IMG/VR virus record: IMGVR_UViG_3300009093_000034 | Coordinates: 241,834-305,833 of that record | Length of the DNA: 64,000 bases | Reading direction: 5' to 3' (one strand) | In this document: positions 9,319 to 19,113 of the stretch, piece by piece | Layout of the letters: each line of letters starts with the position of its first letter | Position numbering within the stretch: the stretch's first letter is position 1 | Position numbers and translations under genes: made by a program | The notes under the pieces: generated by a model | The model's input: the letters and a program-made list of their open reading frames with translations, nothing else | What the model was told of the DNA's origin: nothing | The model's database searches: none

Positions 9319-9642
9319 ATGAACAAGATCGAGTTTGATGCCTGGACCAGAGAAACCAAGTTTTCCGAGAATGCTTGGGTTTTGGATACCATTCGGTACG
9401 CAAACACCGGAGATCTTCTGTTCTACAAGGGTGGTACCGACGGCGTCTACGTTTGGATTCAGATCGACGGTGTGGTTTCTGTAGGAACCTACGCTTACGC
9501 TATCCCCCATATCGGAGAGGCTTTGTTCATTCCGAAACATACTAATCAGGTAGCGAACACCCAAGAGGAAGCGTTCATCAAGATCGCTGAACGTCTTGGA
9601 GTTCAGATGCTGATTGACTTGGCTTCTTCTCGTGCTCTTTAG
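9319..9642 (+). CDS. Hypothetical early protein
   Basis: Strong SD; first gene after promoter. Confidence 0.75.
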   Translation: MNKIEFDAWTRETKFSENAWVLDTIRYANTGDLLFYKGGTDGVYVWIQIDGVVSVGTYAYAIPHIGEALFIPKHTNQVANTQEEAFIKIAERLGVQMLIDLASSRAL

Positions 9643-9650
9643 GAGTTAAT

Positions 9651-10046
9651 ATGAAACTTGATGTCTGGGCTTCTTTGGGAGCTCTCAGTCTTCTCATCAT
9701 CGGAGCCATCGGTGGTCTAACCATTCTTGGTGCTGGTTCTGTCACTACTTACTACCAACTCCAGTTTACTTTCTGGGGATGCGTGTTGGGAACTCTCCCT
9801 GCTCTGGTGTACTTCATCATTTATCAGTGGAAACTTAGGGATAGAGACATCATTGAAGGTGCTTGTCACCTTCTTTCTCTCATGCTCTATTCTCCTCTTC
9901 TGGTTGTATTTGGGATTTTGATCTATCAGATTCCTAAGATGTGGGAAGGTCACCTCAATCTTTGGGTTCTGCCTTTGGCTGTAGGAATCGGGAACATCGC
10001 TTTCTGGTTCTCTAGCATGAGAAAGAAGGCTATCCACCGTGCTTAA
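9651..10046 (+). CDS. Four-TM membrane protein
   Basis: Four hydrophobic segments; SD AGGAG. Confidence 0.7.
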   Translation: MKLDVWASLGALSLLIIGAIGGLTILGAGSVTTYYQLQFTFWGCVLGTLPALVYFIIYQWKLRDRDIIEGACHLLSLMLYSPLLVVFGILIYQIPKMWEGHLNLWVLPLAVGIGNIAFWFSSMRKKAIHRA

Positions 10047-10755
10047 CTACAAGATCAACGGAAAAGACATCTACGACTTCGACAACAAGAAGATCTATCT
10101 CTTGAAGTCTGAACCTTCCGACGAAGACCAGCAGATCGAAGACTTGATTAAACTGGCGGAAACCGACGAGACCAGGAACATGCCTGAAAACATCTTCCTT
10201 CTCAAAGACAACAACCAGTATTGGACCTCGCTGAAGGTTCAAAACGAGATCAACAAGAAAGTCAAAGTTCTTGAGGATCTTGTCAGGAAAGAGTGGAAGA
10301 AGCAAGAAAAGATCCTCAAGAAGATCGACGAGACTCGAGTCAAGGATTGCGAGTACTGGATCGAATACAACCCTCAGCATGACTACAAGGTCATGTGTGA
10401 CTTCTTCAGGGAGAGATGCTTTGATGCTGGTTCGTTCTATCCTAACACCATGCAAAGAGCTCTTCGATTCTCGAAGTACTACTACAAGAAAGAGAGCTTC
10501 ATTTCAGGATTGACTGAACTTCTTCCTTTCATCAGGCCCATTCAGGGTTACAAGCAGTTCCAGTGCAAGTCCGATGAGTACCAAGGGATCTATCACTTTG
10601 GTACCAACGACGAAGGAAAGACCTGGAAGATTCTCAGACAAAGGTACCATCGAGATTGGGTAGAAGAGAAATCTTACACTCTTGACGAGATGATTCAGTG
10701 GCTAGAAGACCACGAAGTTAAGGGTCGAACCTACTACGACGAGAACGAGGACTAA
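10039..10755 (+). CDS. Hypothetical protein
   Basis: 238-aa ORF with phage-typical codon use. Confidence 0.75.
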   Translation: MLNYKINGKDIYDFDNKKIYLLKSEPSDEDQQIEDLIKLAETDETRNMPENIFLLKDNNQYWTSLKVQNEINKKVKVLEDLVRKEWKKQEKILKKIDETRVKDCEYWIEYNPQHDYKVMCDFFRERCFDAGSFYPNTMQRALRFSKYYYKKESFISGLTELLPFIRPIQGYKQFQCKSDEYQGIYHFGTNDEGKTWKILRQRYHRDWVEEKSYTLDEMIQWLEDHEVKGRTYYDENED

Positions 10756-10756
10756 C

Positions 10757-11095
10757 ATGGACAAGAAAGAAATTTTCAAGAACGAGATCAAACTCGGTCT
10801 TAAAATGTTGGCTGAACCTCTAAGTGCTGATGGTATCAATTACCTGGCTGAAAGGTTGTCCAAAGTTGACACTGAAGTCAACGAGGCCAACAATCCTGCT
10901 GCTCAGAGTTTGATCAATCTCCTTGAAGGAGTTGACCACTCGGTTAACGTTCTGGAGATCGTAGCCAATTGGATGATCAATACTCCTGAAGCTACCGTTT
11001 ACCAAGTAAACGAGATGGGAAAAAAGATTGGCCAAACTATCGACATCATGAAAGATTGGCGTCGAATCATCGAGATGACTAAGAGGTTGATGTGA
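10757..11095 (+). CDS. Hypothetical protein
   Basis: SD GAGGA; tight packing. Confidence 0.7.
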   Translation: MDKKEIFKNEIKLGLKMLAEPLSADGINYLAERLSKVDTEVNEANNPAAQSLINLLEGVDHSVNVLEIVANWMINTPEATVYQVNEMGKKIGQTIDIMKDWRRIIEMTKRLM

Positions 11096-11556
11096 ACGAA
11101 GAACGAAAACTTCTCAGTGATCTTCTGTTGGCCCTCAACTCGGCTTTTCACTCTCAAGGTTGGGATCCTCAGGATCTTATTGAGGTCCGAAAAGCCCAAG
11201 AGTTCTTGTGGCCTCCTAAGAAGCCTGAACTTAAGATCGAAGATCCTAAGAACTTTGGCTTCTTCTACAGCTCAACCTACCCTTACCTCTTCATGGCTGA
11301 AATCATAGAAGAGAAAGAATTGGTCGACATGGCTGGAACTGAGGTGGTCCTGGAGAGTGGTGAACATCGACACTCCAGTAGGGTTGCTTTCAGAACCACC
11401 GCTAAAGCAGCCGAGGTGATCCTCAAAGATCTTCTTGATCTCAAGTTCAAGAAGGAAAGCAAGATGGCCGATGTGAGCTACGAGATGGACAAGAAGTTGA
11501 CTGAGATTCTCAACGACTATCGAATCAACTTGACTGCTGAGGACTTGAAGAAATGA
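11092..11556 (+). CDS. Hypothetical protein
   Basis: GTGA overlap; SD AGAGG. Confidence 0.65.
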   Translation: MNEERKLLSDLLLALNSAFHSQGWDPQDLIEVRKAQEFLWPPKKPELKIEDPKNFGFFYSSTYPYLFMAEIIEEKELVDMAGTEVVLESGEHRHSSRVAFRTTAKAAEVILKDLLDLKFKKESKMADVSYEMDKKLTEILNDYRINLTAEDLKK

Positions 11557-11900
11557 AAGTCTGGCAACTCAATCAGATGGTTGACCTTGGCTACAAGACT
11601 CTCTTCGTCTGCCTTTCTCAAGAAAAGGCTTACAAGGTCATGGAAGACCATAATAAAGAAGTCGACCGTCTCAGTGCTCTTGTAGATCCCTGGAATGAAG
11701 AGCTTCAACGACTCAATCCTTGGGCCGATCCAGTTCTCAGTGAGAAGATGAAGCTTCTCACCGAAGAAGAACTTTCTACTCCTGAGTACGATGAGATCTT
11801 CAAACCCTACGACGAAAAATGGGCTCTCTACAAGGAGCTCTTCAAGACTTACGTCCTCGGACCTATCAACATGGTAGCAGAGGTAGAGGTGATCGAATGA
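11553..11900 (+). CDS. Hypothetical protein
   Basis: ATGA overlap. Confidence 0.65.
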   Translation: MKVWQLNQMVDLGYKTLFVCLSQEKAYKVMEDHNKEVDRLSALVDPWNEELQRLNPWADPVLSEKMKLLTEEELSTPEYDEIFKPYDEKWALYKELFKTYVLGPINMVAEVEVIE

Positions 11901-12280
11901 CTGAAAAAATCCTTATGCTTCCTTTGGGAGCTGAAGTCGTTGTTACTGACGACGGCATTCGATCTCGAGGTCGTGTCTGTATTCTTGGAGACGACGGAGA
12001 GATGGATGAGAAAAGCGTTTGGTACTCTCCCTCTGGCTTTAACAATGTTGAAGTCATCAACGGGACGGCTACAACTTCTCACAAACCCATTCCTGAAGTT
12101 TCAGGTACTAGAACGATTCAACAGATCGTTACTGATATCGAGGCTGCTAAGGTTCACCTGGCAGAAGATCGAGACAAGCTCCGAGATCTTCTCTATGAGA
12201 TCGAGGACTTGATGGCAGACAAAGACGAAGACATCGCCAAGCTGGATGAAGTAGTCGACTCTCTTTCGAGGTACGTATAA
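11897..12280 (+). CDS. Hypothetical protein with C-terminal coiled coil
   Basis: ATGA overlap at 11897; SD GAGGTG. Confidence 0.65.
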   Translation: MTEKILMLPLGAEVVVTDDGIRSRGRVCILGDDGEMDEKSVWYSPSGFNNVEVINGTATTSHKPIPEVSGTRTIQQIVTDIEAAKVHLAEDRDKLRDLLYEIEDLMADKDEDIAKLDEVVDSLSRYV

Positions 12281-12465
12281 TGTCTCAAGGAATAGAGACC
12301 AGGGAAACAAGAGCTCAAAATGTATTGACTCGAACTGTGGATATCTTAGAAAGCTCTGGTTTTAGCAATGATTCAAAAAGAGACGCTCTAGAATATCTTC
12401 GAGATTGCTTGAACACTCCGGTAATTCTTAACGATGTTCTAGACTCTTTTCTAAAGGAGAAGTGA
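12280..12465 (+). CDS. Small hypothetical protein
   Basis: TAATG overlap. Confidence 0.5.
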   Translation: MSQGIETRETRAQNVLTRTVDILESSGFSNDSKRDALEYLRDCLNTPVILNDVLDSFLKEK

Positions 12466-12466
12466 T

Positions 12467-12691
12467 ATGACCATTGGACAATTTAGACTTCTTACCAAAG
12501 ACGCCGATGACGATACTCCTCTTTTGATCCCAGGTAGCGATCATAGCTACCGAGATGCAGAAGCTACTAAAACCACAGCTCTTCGTGAAAAGTACGGTTA
12601 CAACAGCTATGGTTGGACTGAAGACTACGGCGAAGACATGACTCCTGAAGCTGAGTACGGAAAACGAACAGACGTTATCGTTTTAACCTAA
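12467..12691 (+). CDS. Small hypothetical protein
   Basis: SD AAGGAG. Confidence 0.6.
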   Translation: MTIGQFRLLTKDADDDTPLLIPGSDHSYRDAEATKTTALREKYGYNSYGWTEDYGEDMTPEAEYGKRTDVIVLT

Positions 12692-12697
12692 AACACC

Positions 12698-12874
12698 ATG
12701 AAAGAAAACAAGAAAGCTCACCACTGTGAGTACTGCAATCACTATGCTACTCAACAAGATCCTAACAATCCGGTTACTTATGGAGAAGATCCTTTTAACT
12801 CTGAGATCCATGATGATCACACTAAGTATTGGCTCTGCTCCGTGTGTATTGGTAACCGAAGAGAGGAAGTATGA
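12698..12874 (+). CDS. 58-aa Zn-finger-like protein (missed by track)
   Basis: MKENKKAHHCEYCNH...YWLCSVCIGNRREEV (CxxC...CxxC); ATGA overlap with the next gene. Confidence 0.6.
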   Translation: MKENKKAHHCEYCNHYATQQDPNNPVTYGEDPFNSEIHDDHTKYWLCSVCIGNRREEV

Positions 12875-13194
12875 AAAAACTTTTTATCGTAGGTTTGATC
12901 CTACTATCATCTCATCTTTTCGCTGGTCCTAGTTTCACTGCTTCCAGTGATGGATTCGTTGTGGTCCAAGAAAAGATTCTTCAGATCAACTACAACAACT
13001 CAGGTCTCATGATCTATGAGAATGTTTTGGCCTTGGTTCGATTCAAGGAAAAGATCAAGGAACTTGAAAGTCAAGGTCTTGTCAAGTACGGTCCTGAGAT
13101 CACCCCGGAGTTGGGACATCCCTTCTTTGAACAGGTGATGATTCAGCCGAAATATTTCCATCCTGAAGATCTGAAAAGAGTGATACCCAATTGA
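12871..13194 (+). CDS. Exported DUF1737-like protein, paralog 1
   Basis: Signal peptide; KIKELESQGLVKYGPEITP...FFEQVMIQPK. Confidence 0.55.
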   Translation: MKKLFIVGLILLSSHLFAGPSFTASSDGFVVVQEKILQINYNNSGLMIYENVLALVRFKEKIKELESQGLVKYGPEITPELGHPFFEQVMIQPKYFHPEDLKRVIPN

Positions 13195-13514
13195 AGAAAC
13201 TATTGATCATCCTTGGCTTTCTTGTTGTAACGTCAACCTTGTGGGCCAAAAGTACTAACGACGATGACTCCAACACCCCATCTGGAGGATTGACCCTTAA
13301 GATGGATGGCATTGAGGACTATGTGATCCTGATTGCTTTGGTGAGTCCATCTTATGATGCTACGGCTCAACGGGAAGCTGTGATCAATCTCGAAGGACAA
13401 GTTAGGTCTCGTCTTAAGCTTGGATGGTTACCTTATGGACCATTGGTAATCCCAAGCTACTATCACAACTACTACGAACAAGTCATGATCAAACCAAAGA
13501 CCAAGGGAAAGTAA
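13191..13514 (+). CDS. Exported DUF1737-like protein, paralog 2
   Basis: Signal peptide; VRSRLKLGWLPYGPLVIP...YYEQVMIKPK. Confidence 0.55.
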   Translation: MKKLLIILGFLVVTSTLWAKSTNDDDSNTPSGGLTLKMDGIEDYVILIALVSPSYDATAQREAVINLEGQVRSRLKLGWLPYGPLVIPSYYHNYYEQVMIKPKTKGK

Positions 13515-13516
13515 CC

Positions 13517-13672
13517 GTGGAAACTTTTGTTTGTCCTACTTGTCAACAAACTCTTGGTTGGGTCCTTGAGGCCACAATTGCTGAAGAAGGAAAGGAACAC
13601 AAACCTGAGTGCGTTTACTGTGCTGGTAAGTATCCTGATGGAACCGCTGTCACCGGAGGAAAGAAAAAATGA
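13517..13672 (+). CDS. Small Zn-ribbon protein
   Basis: GTG 13517; CPTC...CVYC. Confidence 0.55.
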   Translation: METFVCPTCQQTLGWVLEATIAEEGKEHKPECVYCAGKYPDGTAVTGGKKK

Positions 13673-13878
13673 GTCCTGTTGAACTCTGCAAACACATGAT
13701 AGTTTACTCTGCTCTTTCCTCACCCAAAACTAAATCTATGTTTTGGCACGATGTTCGTAAGAACCTTCTTCTCTTCTTCTCTGAAGAGACCATAGTTGAA
13801 GCTGAAAAACAAATGGGAGTCTCAGATTACACCAAAGTCAACTTTCCCATGAGAATGGAATCATCGGAGACTACATGA
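13669..13878 (+). CDS. Small hypothetical protein
   Basis: ATGA overlaps. Confidence 0.55.
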   Translation: MSPVELCKHMIVYSALSSPKTKSMFWHDVRKNLLLFFSEETIVEAEKQMGVSDYTKVNFPMRMESSETT

Positions 13879-14708
13879 AGTTCTTTCTTTTCCTGTTCAT
13901 CACAACCTTTTCTTGGTCACAAGAGTTCGTGATCAAGAATGAGCCTCTTCCTGAGAACACGATCTATCTGACCTTCGACGATGGTCCAGGTCCGATGACT
14001 GAACATCTGGTCTCTATCTTAGAGTCTAGAGGAGTTCGAGCGACCTTCTTCATTAACTCCTACGACACCAAAGCAACCAAAGAGACGATCGCTACATCTA
14101 ACCGTCTTCTTCAGTACAAAGATCTTCTTCTTAAGGAGATCGCCGATGGAGACGTTCTAGGTAACCACACCTTCTCCCATAGAGACCTTGCGTGGTTAAG
14201 TCCTGAACAGATCAAGTGGCAACTTGAGAAGAACCAACAGAATCTCAACGAAGCTATCGGACCTTACACCTTCACCTTGATGAGACCTCCTTTTGGTTCT
14301 CCTTGGGAAGGTCTTGGAAAAGTGTACACTGAGGAACAAGTTCAAAAAGTTTCTCAGATATTGAAAGATGAGAAGTTGATCCCTATCAACTGGAACGTGG
14401 ATAGCTCAGACTCGTCTGACTGGGTGAAAGGAGAAGGAGCTAGAGCTTCAGACCCTAACACAGTGGATTTTGAGTACACCAGAGAATTTCTAAAGAAGTC
14501 CAAACGAGAGATCGAGAGACTTTGGCCTAAGATTCAGAACAAAGAAAGTTTGATCATCCTGTTTCATGATACTCATCCTACTTCGATTGATATCCTTCCC
14601 GGCTTCATCGACTACTGCTTGAGCCTTGGCTACAAGTTTGATACTCTAGACAACTACGTAAAGTGGAGAAACAACCATGAAGATAGCACTCTCACAGCTC
14701 AACGTTAA
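13875..14708 (+). CDS. Secreted polysaccharide/peptidoglycan deacetylase (NodB/CE4)
   Basis: Signal peptide; motifs LTFDDGP, NHTFSH, RPPFG, WNVDSSD, ILFHD. Confidence 0.9.
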   Translation: MKFFLFLFITTFSWSQEFVIKNEPLPENTIYLTFDDGPGPMTEHLVSILESRGVRATFFINSYDTKATKETIATSNRLLQYKDLLLKEIADGDVLGNHTFSHRDLAWLSPEQIKWQLEKNQQNLNEAIGPYTFTLMRPPFGSPWEGLGKVYTEEQVQKVSQILKDEKLIPINWNVDSSDSSDWVKGEGARASDPNTVDFEYTREFLKKSKREIERLWPKIQNKESLIILFHDTHPTSIDILPGFIDYCLSLGYKFDTLDNYVKWRNNHEDSTLTAQR

Positions 14709-16560
14709 AGCCGGTCAGGTTGCTACCAATCTGGCCCACATGAAAGCTCAGATCAAGAAGTATGATGAGAAGGATTACGACTTCATCGTCTTCCCTGAGC
14801 TCTGTGTTGGTGGCTACATGGTTGGAGACTTGTTCTTTGATCCTGATTTCATCAACATTCTTGAGGAAGCCAGCATCAATTTGATCACGTTCGTCTCGGA
14901 TCTTAGGATCAACGTGATCTTTGGAAACGTCTGTAGGACCGGTTATGGTCTTAGAGGTGAAAAGGACGAGAATGGAAAAGGTGCTCTTATGAACAGCGCT
15001 TTCATCATCTCGCCCTCGAACATCAAGGGAGACCCTGCTTTTGTCGGAATGCAGGGAAAACAACTTCTTCCTAACTATCGTGTCTTTGACGACAAAAGAT
15101 ACTTCACCTCGGATGACACATCGACTCCCTTCACCATCGAGACCAGACATGGAGACGCTGTTAAGATTGGTCTTGAGATCTGTGAAGATATGTGGGATGA
15201 CTCGTACAAGAAGAAACCCACCAAGAGTCTGATCGAACAGGGTGCTGAGTTGATCTTCAACATCAGCGCTTCGCCCTTCACCAAAGGAAAGAGTGGAGCT
15301 CGTGATGCTGTGATCATTGGCCATCTTCCTCTTAACTGGGACGGGTTTTTCTTCTACACAAATTGCACTGGTGCCCAGAACAACGGAAAGAACATCGTTA
15401 CCTTCGATGGTGACAGTGCTATCTTTAGCAAAGATGGTCGTCTGGACCGTGCTTATCAAGGTCAAGAAGTTCTTGAGTTTGATACTGAAAAGACTAACAA
15501 GTTCGCAGGTGTTCCTGATGGAATGTTGACTACTTCGAGCAAGTACTTCCATATCTTCCATGCTATCGTTCAAGGTATTCGTCACATGGATGACATCATG
15601 GGAAATAACAGGTTCCCATACATCGTCGGTGTGAGTGGAGGAATTGATAGTGCTGTAGTTCTTAGTCTTCTTGCTTTGGCTGTTGGCCCTGGAAGAATCC
15701 TGGCCTACAACCTCCCTACCAAGTACAACAGCAAACAGACCAAGGGCTTCGCTAAGTCTCTGTGCGATCATCTTGGCATCACTCTCAAAACTCTTCCTAT
15801 CGGAGCTCTTGCTGGAGAACAACTCAAGTTCTTCAAGAAACATAAGATCCATCCGAAGCCTCTCAACATTGAGAACATCCAGGCCAAGATCCGAGGGACC
15901 ACTGTCCTTTCGAACATCGCTGGCATCGAAGACGGTGTGATGACCAACAACGGAAACAAGGTCGAGATCGCTCTTGGTTACGCCACTCTTTACGGAGACG
16001 TTAATGGAAGTATCGCCCCTATCGGAGACTTGACTAAGGTCGAAGTTTGGGGATTAGCCAACTGGCTCAACGATTACTTCGAGAGCAACTGGGACGGAAA
16101 TAGACCGATCCCCAAAGAGTTGATCTGGAACCCGGCAGATCCTTTGGATACGGATGTCTTCTTGCCTTCGGCAGAACTCAAAGAGAATCAGAAGGATCCC
16201 ATGAAGTGGGGTTATCACGATGCCCTTCTCTCGTACGTGATGAAGTACAACAGAGGTTCGGTCAACGAACTGGCTGATTTGGTCATTTCGGGAAACTTCA
16301 TAGAATTTTACGGAAGACTATCGGCTGCTACCGAAGGAGATCTTACTCCTAAGCAGATCGAGATCACTGCTCCTAAGGGAATGCAGAACATCTTGAATGA
16401 TCTTCGTTGGTTCTTCAATCTTTTCTACAGAAGTACCTTCAAGAGGATCCAGTCGCCTCCGATCATCTTGATCAGCAGAACCTCGTTCGGCTTTGACTAC
16501 AGAGAATCTCAGTTGGGAAGACCTGACTACATTCTCCAAAGTGAAAAGTATCTCGGATAA
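14677..16560 (+). CDS. nadE: Glutamine-dependent NAD+ synthetase
   Basis: Nitrilase domain (FPELC, KQLLPNYRVFDDKRYF, EICEDMW) plus synthetase domain (GVSGGIDS, ENIQAKIRG, GNKVEIALGYATLYGD, PSAEL). Confidence 0.95.
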   Translation: MKIALSQLNVKAGQVATNLAHMKAQIKKYDEKDYDFIVFPELCVGGYMVGDLFFDPDFINILEEASINLITFVSDLRINVIFGNVCRTGYGLRGEKDENGKGALMNSAFIISPSNIKGDPAFVGMQGKQLLPNYRVFDDKRYFTSDDTSTPFTIETRHGDAVKIGLEICEDMWDDSYKKKPTKSLIEQGAELIFNISASPFTKGKSGARDAVIIGHLPLNWDGFFFYTNCTGAQNNGKNIVTFDGDSAIFSKDGRLDRAYQGQEVLEFDTEKTNKFAGVPDGMLTTSSKYFHIFHAIVQGIRHMDDIMGNNRFPYIVGVSGGIDSAVVLSLLALAVGPGRILAYNLPTKYNSKQTKGFAKSLCDHLGITLKTLPIGALAGEQLKFFKKHKIHPKPLNIENIQAKIRGTTVLSNIAGIEDGVMTNNGNKVEIALGYATLYGDVNGSIAPIGDLTKVEVWGLANWLNDYFESNWDGNRPIPKELIWNPADPLDTDVFLPSAELKENQKDPMKWGYHDALLSYVMKYNRGSVNELADLVISGNFIEFYGRLSAATEGDLTPKQIEITAPKGMQNILNDLRWFFNLFYRSTFKRIQSPPIILISRTSFGFDYRESQLGRPDYILQSEKYLG

Positions 16561-16583
16561 TTTCTAACTCTTTCCTAAGATCG

Positions 16584-16595
16584 TGAGATATTGTA
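16584..16595 (+). promoter_or_regulatory. Early-type promoter motif, copy 3
   Basis: TGAGATATTGTA; AAGGAG then ATG 16623. Confidence 0.75.
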
Positions 16596-16622
16596 GTAGT
16601 CTAAAACCAAGGAGTTTAAGAG

Positions 16623-16961
16623 ATGAATATCACCGATCTGGAAAAGAACGTTCTGGAAGCTGCTAAGGACCACTTCAACTACACGGTTGTGTATTTCAAG
16701 GGTGACAAGGCTGCTGCTGAAAACGCCAACATCCAAGACAATGCCGGCTGGTTTGGTGTTGAAAACGTCAAGGGTGATCCCAAGCAGATTCGTGGTGCTA
16801 TCGCTTCCCTCGTCAAGAAGGACCTGGTGATGGTTGACAGCCACACTGAAGGTCGCTGGGTCAGAAAGGGTCGCACGATGACCATGAAGCTCGTGGATGT
16901 TTGGGGAGATATCATCCCCACCGAAAAAGGCATTCGTTATATCTTCGCAGAGATGATGTAA
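16623..16961 (+). CDS. Hypothetical early protein (possible winged helix)
   Basis: QIRGAIASLVKKDLVMVD resembles a wHTH recognition helix and wing. Confidence 0.65.
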   Translation: MNITDLEKNVLEAAKDHFNYTVVYFKGDKAAAENANIQDNAGWFGVENVKGDPKQIRGAIASLVKKDLVMVDSHTEGRWVRKGRTMTMKLVDVWGDIIPTEKGIRYIFAEMM

Positions 16962-17263
16962 TGGCCAAGTTTGTCGGTATCAAGTGTGACGCCTGTTCTT
17001 GGAAGGACATGAGCGTCCCACGAGCTCAGTACCCTGAGTACTTGGACAGGTGTTGCCCTGAGTGTGGCTCGCCTCTATTGACTCTCGCTGACTGGAACCT
17101 TATCCTCCTGATGGAGGCTACTGACAAAAACCCTGGTCCTGTCTTGGATGCCAAGGCAGAAGACATCATCAACAAGAACCTCGAGATGAACGGATGTGGA
17201 CTGTGGGGTCTCAAGATCAATGGTCTTACTTTGGATGAAGCTCTTAAGGCGGTCGAAAAATGA
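16961..17263 (+). CDS. Zn-ribbon hypothetical protein
   Basis: TAATG overlap; CDAC...CPECG. Confidence 0.65.
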   Translation: MAKFVGIKCDACSWKDMSVPRAQYPEYLDRCCPECGSPLLTLADWNLILLMEATDKNPGPVLDAKAEDIINKNLEMNGCGLWGLKINGLTLDEALKAVEK

Positions 17264-17460
17264 ACGAACGTTTTGAGAAGATGATCCAGAAGTACATGAA
17301 AGCGTGGTGGGAACAGCACGCTGACTCTAGTCAGGAAGAAGCTGAAGAAGCCGAAGCTGACATGAGAGATCGTGAGCTCGAAAAGATCGAACGCGAAAGA
17401 CTCGAAAACGGATGGGGAGATGATCCCTGTCTTGACGATGTCATGGAGAGAGAAAGGTGA
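17260..17460 (+). CDS. Small acidic protein
   Basis: ATGA overlap. Confidence 0.55.
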   Translation: MNERFEKMIQKYMKAWWEQHADSSQEEAEEAEADMRDRELEKIERERLENGWGDDPCLDDVMERER

Positions 17461-17684
17461 GCATCGTCCGAGACAATATGTTATCTCGAAAAGGTTACTC
17501 AGGCTATTGCGGAGCAGACAAGTGCTCTCTGCATTGGCCTCGAACCTATTTTGATCCCAAGGTTCGACAGTTGAGATGCCCTTGTGGGTTTCAAACTGAC
17601 TTTGAACCTGAGTTCATCGACAAATACGTCGAGTTCCAGGGTGAAGATCTTCCTGTGAAATTCAAAGCTGTAGAGTGGTTGTAA
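17457..17684 (+). CDS. Small Cys-rich protein
   Basis: YCGADKC...RCPCG. Confidence 0.6.
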   Translation: MSIVRDNMLSRKGYSGYCGADKCSLHWPRTYFDPKVRQLRCPCGFQTDFEPEFIDKYVEFQGEDLPVKFKAVEWL

Positions 17685-17685
17685 C

Positions 17686-18204
17686 ATGACCGAAGCCTTA
17701 GCCAACAAAGTCTATGATGTTCTCGTCAATCTCGGTGGAGCTCAAGAAAGCAGCCGAGATAGTTTCGTTTTTGACCATACTACTGACAGAAACGTTACTG
17801 AATGGAGATTTCAGGGAAAGCTTGGCTTTGGTGGAAAGTTCAGATCCAGGCGTTTCACAGTAGATTGCTACCAAGAAGACGAAGCGACAGTTGAAAGGTT
17901 CTACGGAAAGAATCTCATTCCTGACATTAACGAAGAACTTCAAAAGCTTCGTTGGCAAACTCGTCAAGTTAAGTCCTTCTGGGCTCTTAAGAAAGCCTTT
18001 CGTTGGAATCGAAGCATCTTCAACTTCGGAAAGAAACACGACACCTCTCCTCAGTACGAGGTTCACTGGTTGAACAGAGCCAGTGAGATCATCAAGACCG
18101 ATGTCTGTACAAACCCCGATCTTCCTTACGTGGATCTTGACAAAGAAGATCCTAAGGAACGTTACTTCGGGGTCTTGAAGTTCATCTTGGAGGATGAAGA
18201 ATGA
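17686..18204 (+). CDS. Hypothetical protein
   Basis: ORF track; WRFQGKLGFGGKF. Confidence 0.7.
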   Translation: MTEALANKVYDVLVNLGGAQESSRDSFVFDHTTDRNVTEWRFQGKLGFGGKFRSRRFTVDCYQEDEATVERFYGKNLIPDINEELQKLRWQTRQVKSFWALKKAFRWNRSIFNFGKKHDTSPQYEVHWLNRASEIIKTDVCTNPDLPYVDLDKEDPKERYFGVLKFILEDEE

Positions 18205-18422
18205 AAACTTTTCTCGTCCTTCTAATCAATCTAGGCATAGTGGCTGTGTCTGTAGCCATACTTAGATTTCTCGTATTCCCAGCTATCGTTACCCAAGAAC
18301 TCATTGTTTCTATACACGGTAACAACGGTGTTTTCATCGTAGTGGGAATCTGTTTAGTGTGGTCAGTGATCACCACAGCTGTCATTTACTTTGTAACTAA
18401 ACGTCTCGTCGGAAGATCTTGA
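18201..18422 (+). CDS. Two-TM membrane protein
   Basis: Two hydrophobic helices; SD GGAGG. Confidence 0.6.
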   Translation: MKTFLVLLINLGIVAVSVAILRFLVFPAIVTQELIVSIHGNNGVFIVVGICLVWSVITTAVIYFVTKRLVGRS

Positions 18423-18423
18423 C

Positions 18424-18747
18424 GTGAGCTACGACAGAATCTTGATGGCGTTTCCAGTAACTCGTTACGCTGTCTTCTCTGCTAAGACAGAGTCTGATCG
18501 TCCTGAGAGTGTTTCTCACGAGATCCCAATTCCTGGAGAAGCAAGGTTCGCCTATGAAGGTGAACAAGTGGTCATGACAGACGCAACCTGGGAAGACATC
18601 CTTTTGTTCTTCGATAAAGTGATCGCTAAGAAGGTCGTTGAGTACAACCTTACAGAATGGCATCGAGTATACTTAGAAGGCATTGAGTTAGACCTTCCAG
18701 GTGGAGCTGATGACATTCCAACTTATAACATAGAAGCAGGCAGTTAA
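18424..18747 (+). CDS. Hypothetical protein
   Basis: ORF track. Confidence 0.6.
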   Translation: MSYDRILMAFPVTRYAVFSAKTESDRPESVSHEIPIPGEARFAYEGEQVVMTDATWEDILLFFDKVIAKKVVEYNLTEWHRVYLEGIELDLPGGADDIPTYNIEAGS

Positions 18748-19113
18748 ATGAACAATACTTTCAAGATCATCGCTAGAACTCTTTTGTGGATCTTTGGCTT
18801 TGTGGTATCCTACGTTTATGGAGGATGGATAGTTTCGTGTGTTCTACACACTGGATTCATCCAAAATGCCATCTCCGACAATGTTATTATTGGAATAGGA
18901 CTACTTCTCTTTGGATCTGCTTTTGGGATAGTAATATCTCTCGTAGCAGGAATAGTCGTTTGGTTAGTAGTATCATTCATCGTATGGTGTCTTACTTCAT
19001 TGGTCGGTGCAATCGTTCATCATATATTAACCGGAACGTTTCGTATTAACAAAGCAGATTTCGATGCTATCTTTGAGTGGCCGGAAACTGTATACAACAG
19101 GTGGATCAAGTAA
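18748..19113 (+). CDS. Membrane protein
   Basis: Long hydrophobic stretches. Confidence 0.6.
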   Translation: MNNTFKIIARTLLWIFGFVVSYVYGGWIVSCVLHTGFIQNAISDNVIIGIGLLLFGSAFGIVISLVAGIVVWLVVSFIVWCLTSLVGAIVHHILTGTFRINKADFDAIFEWPETVYNRWIK

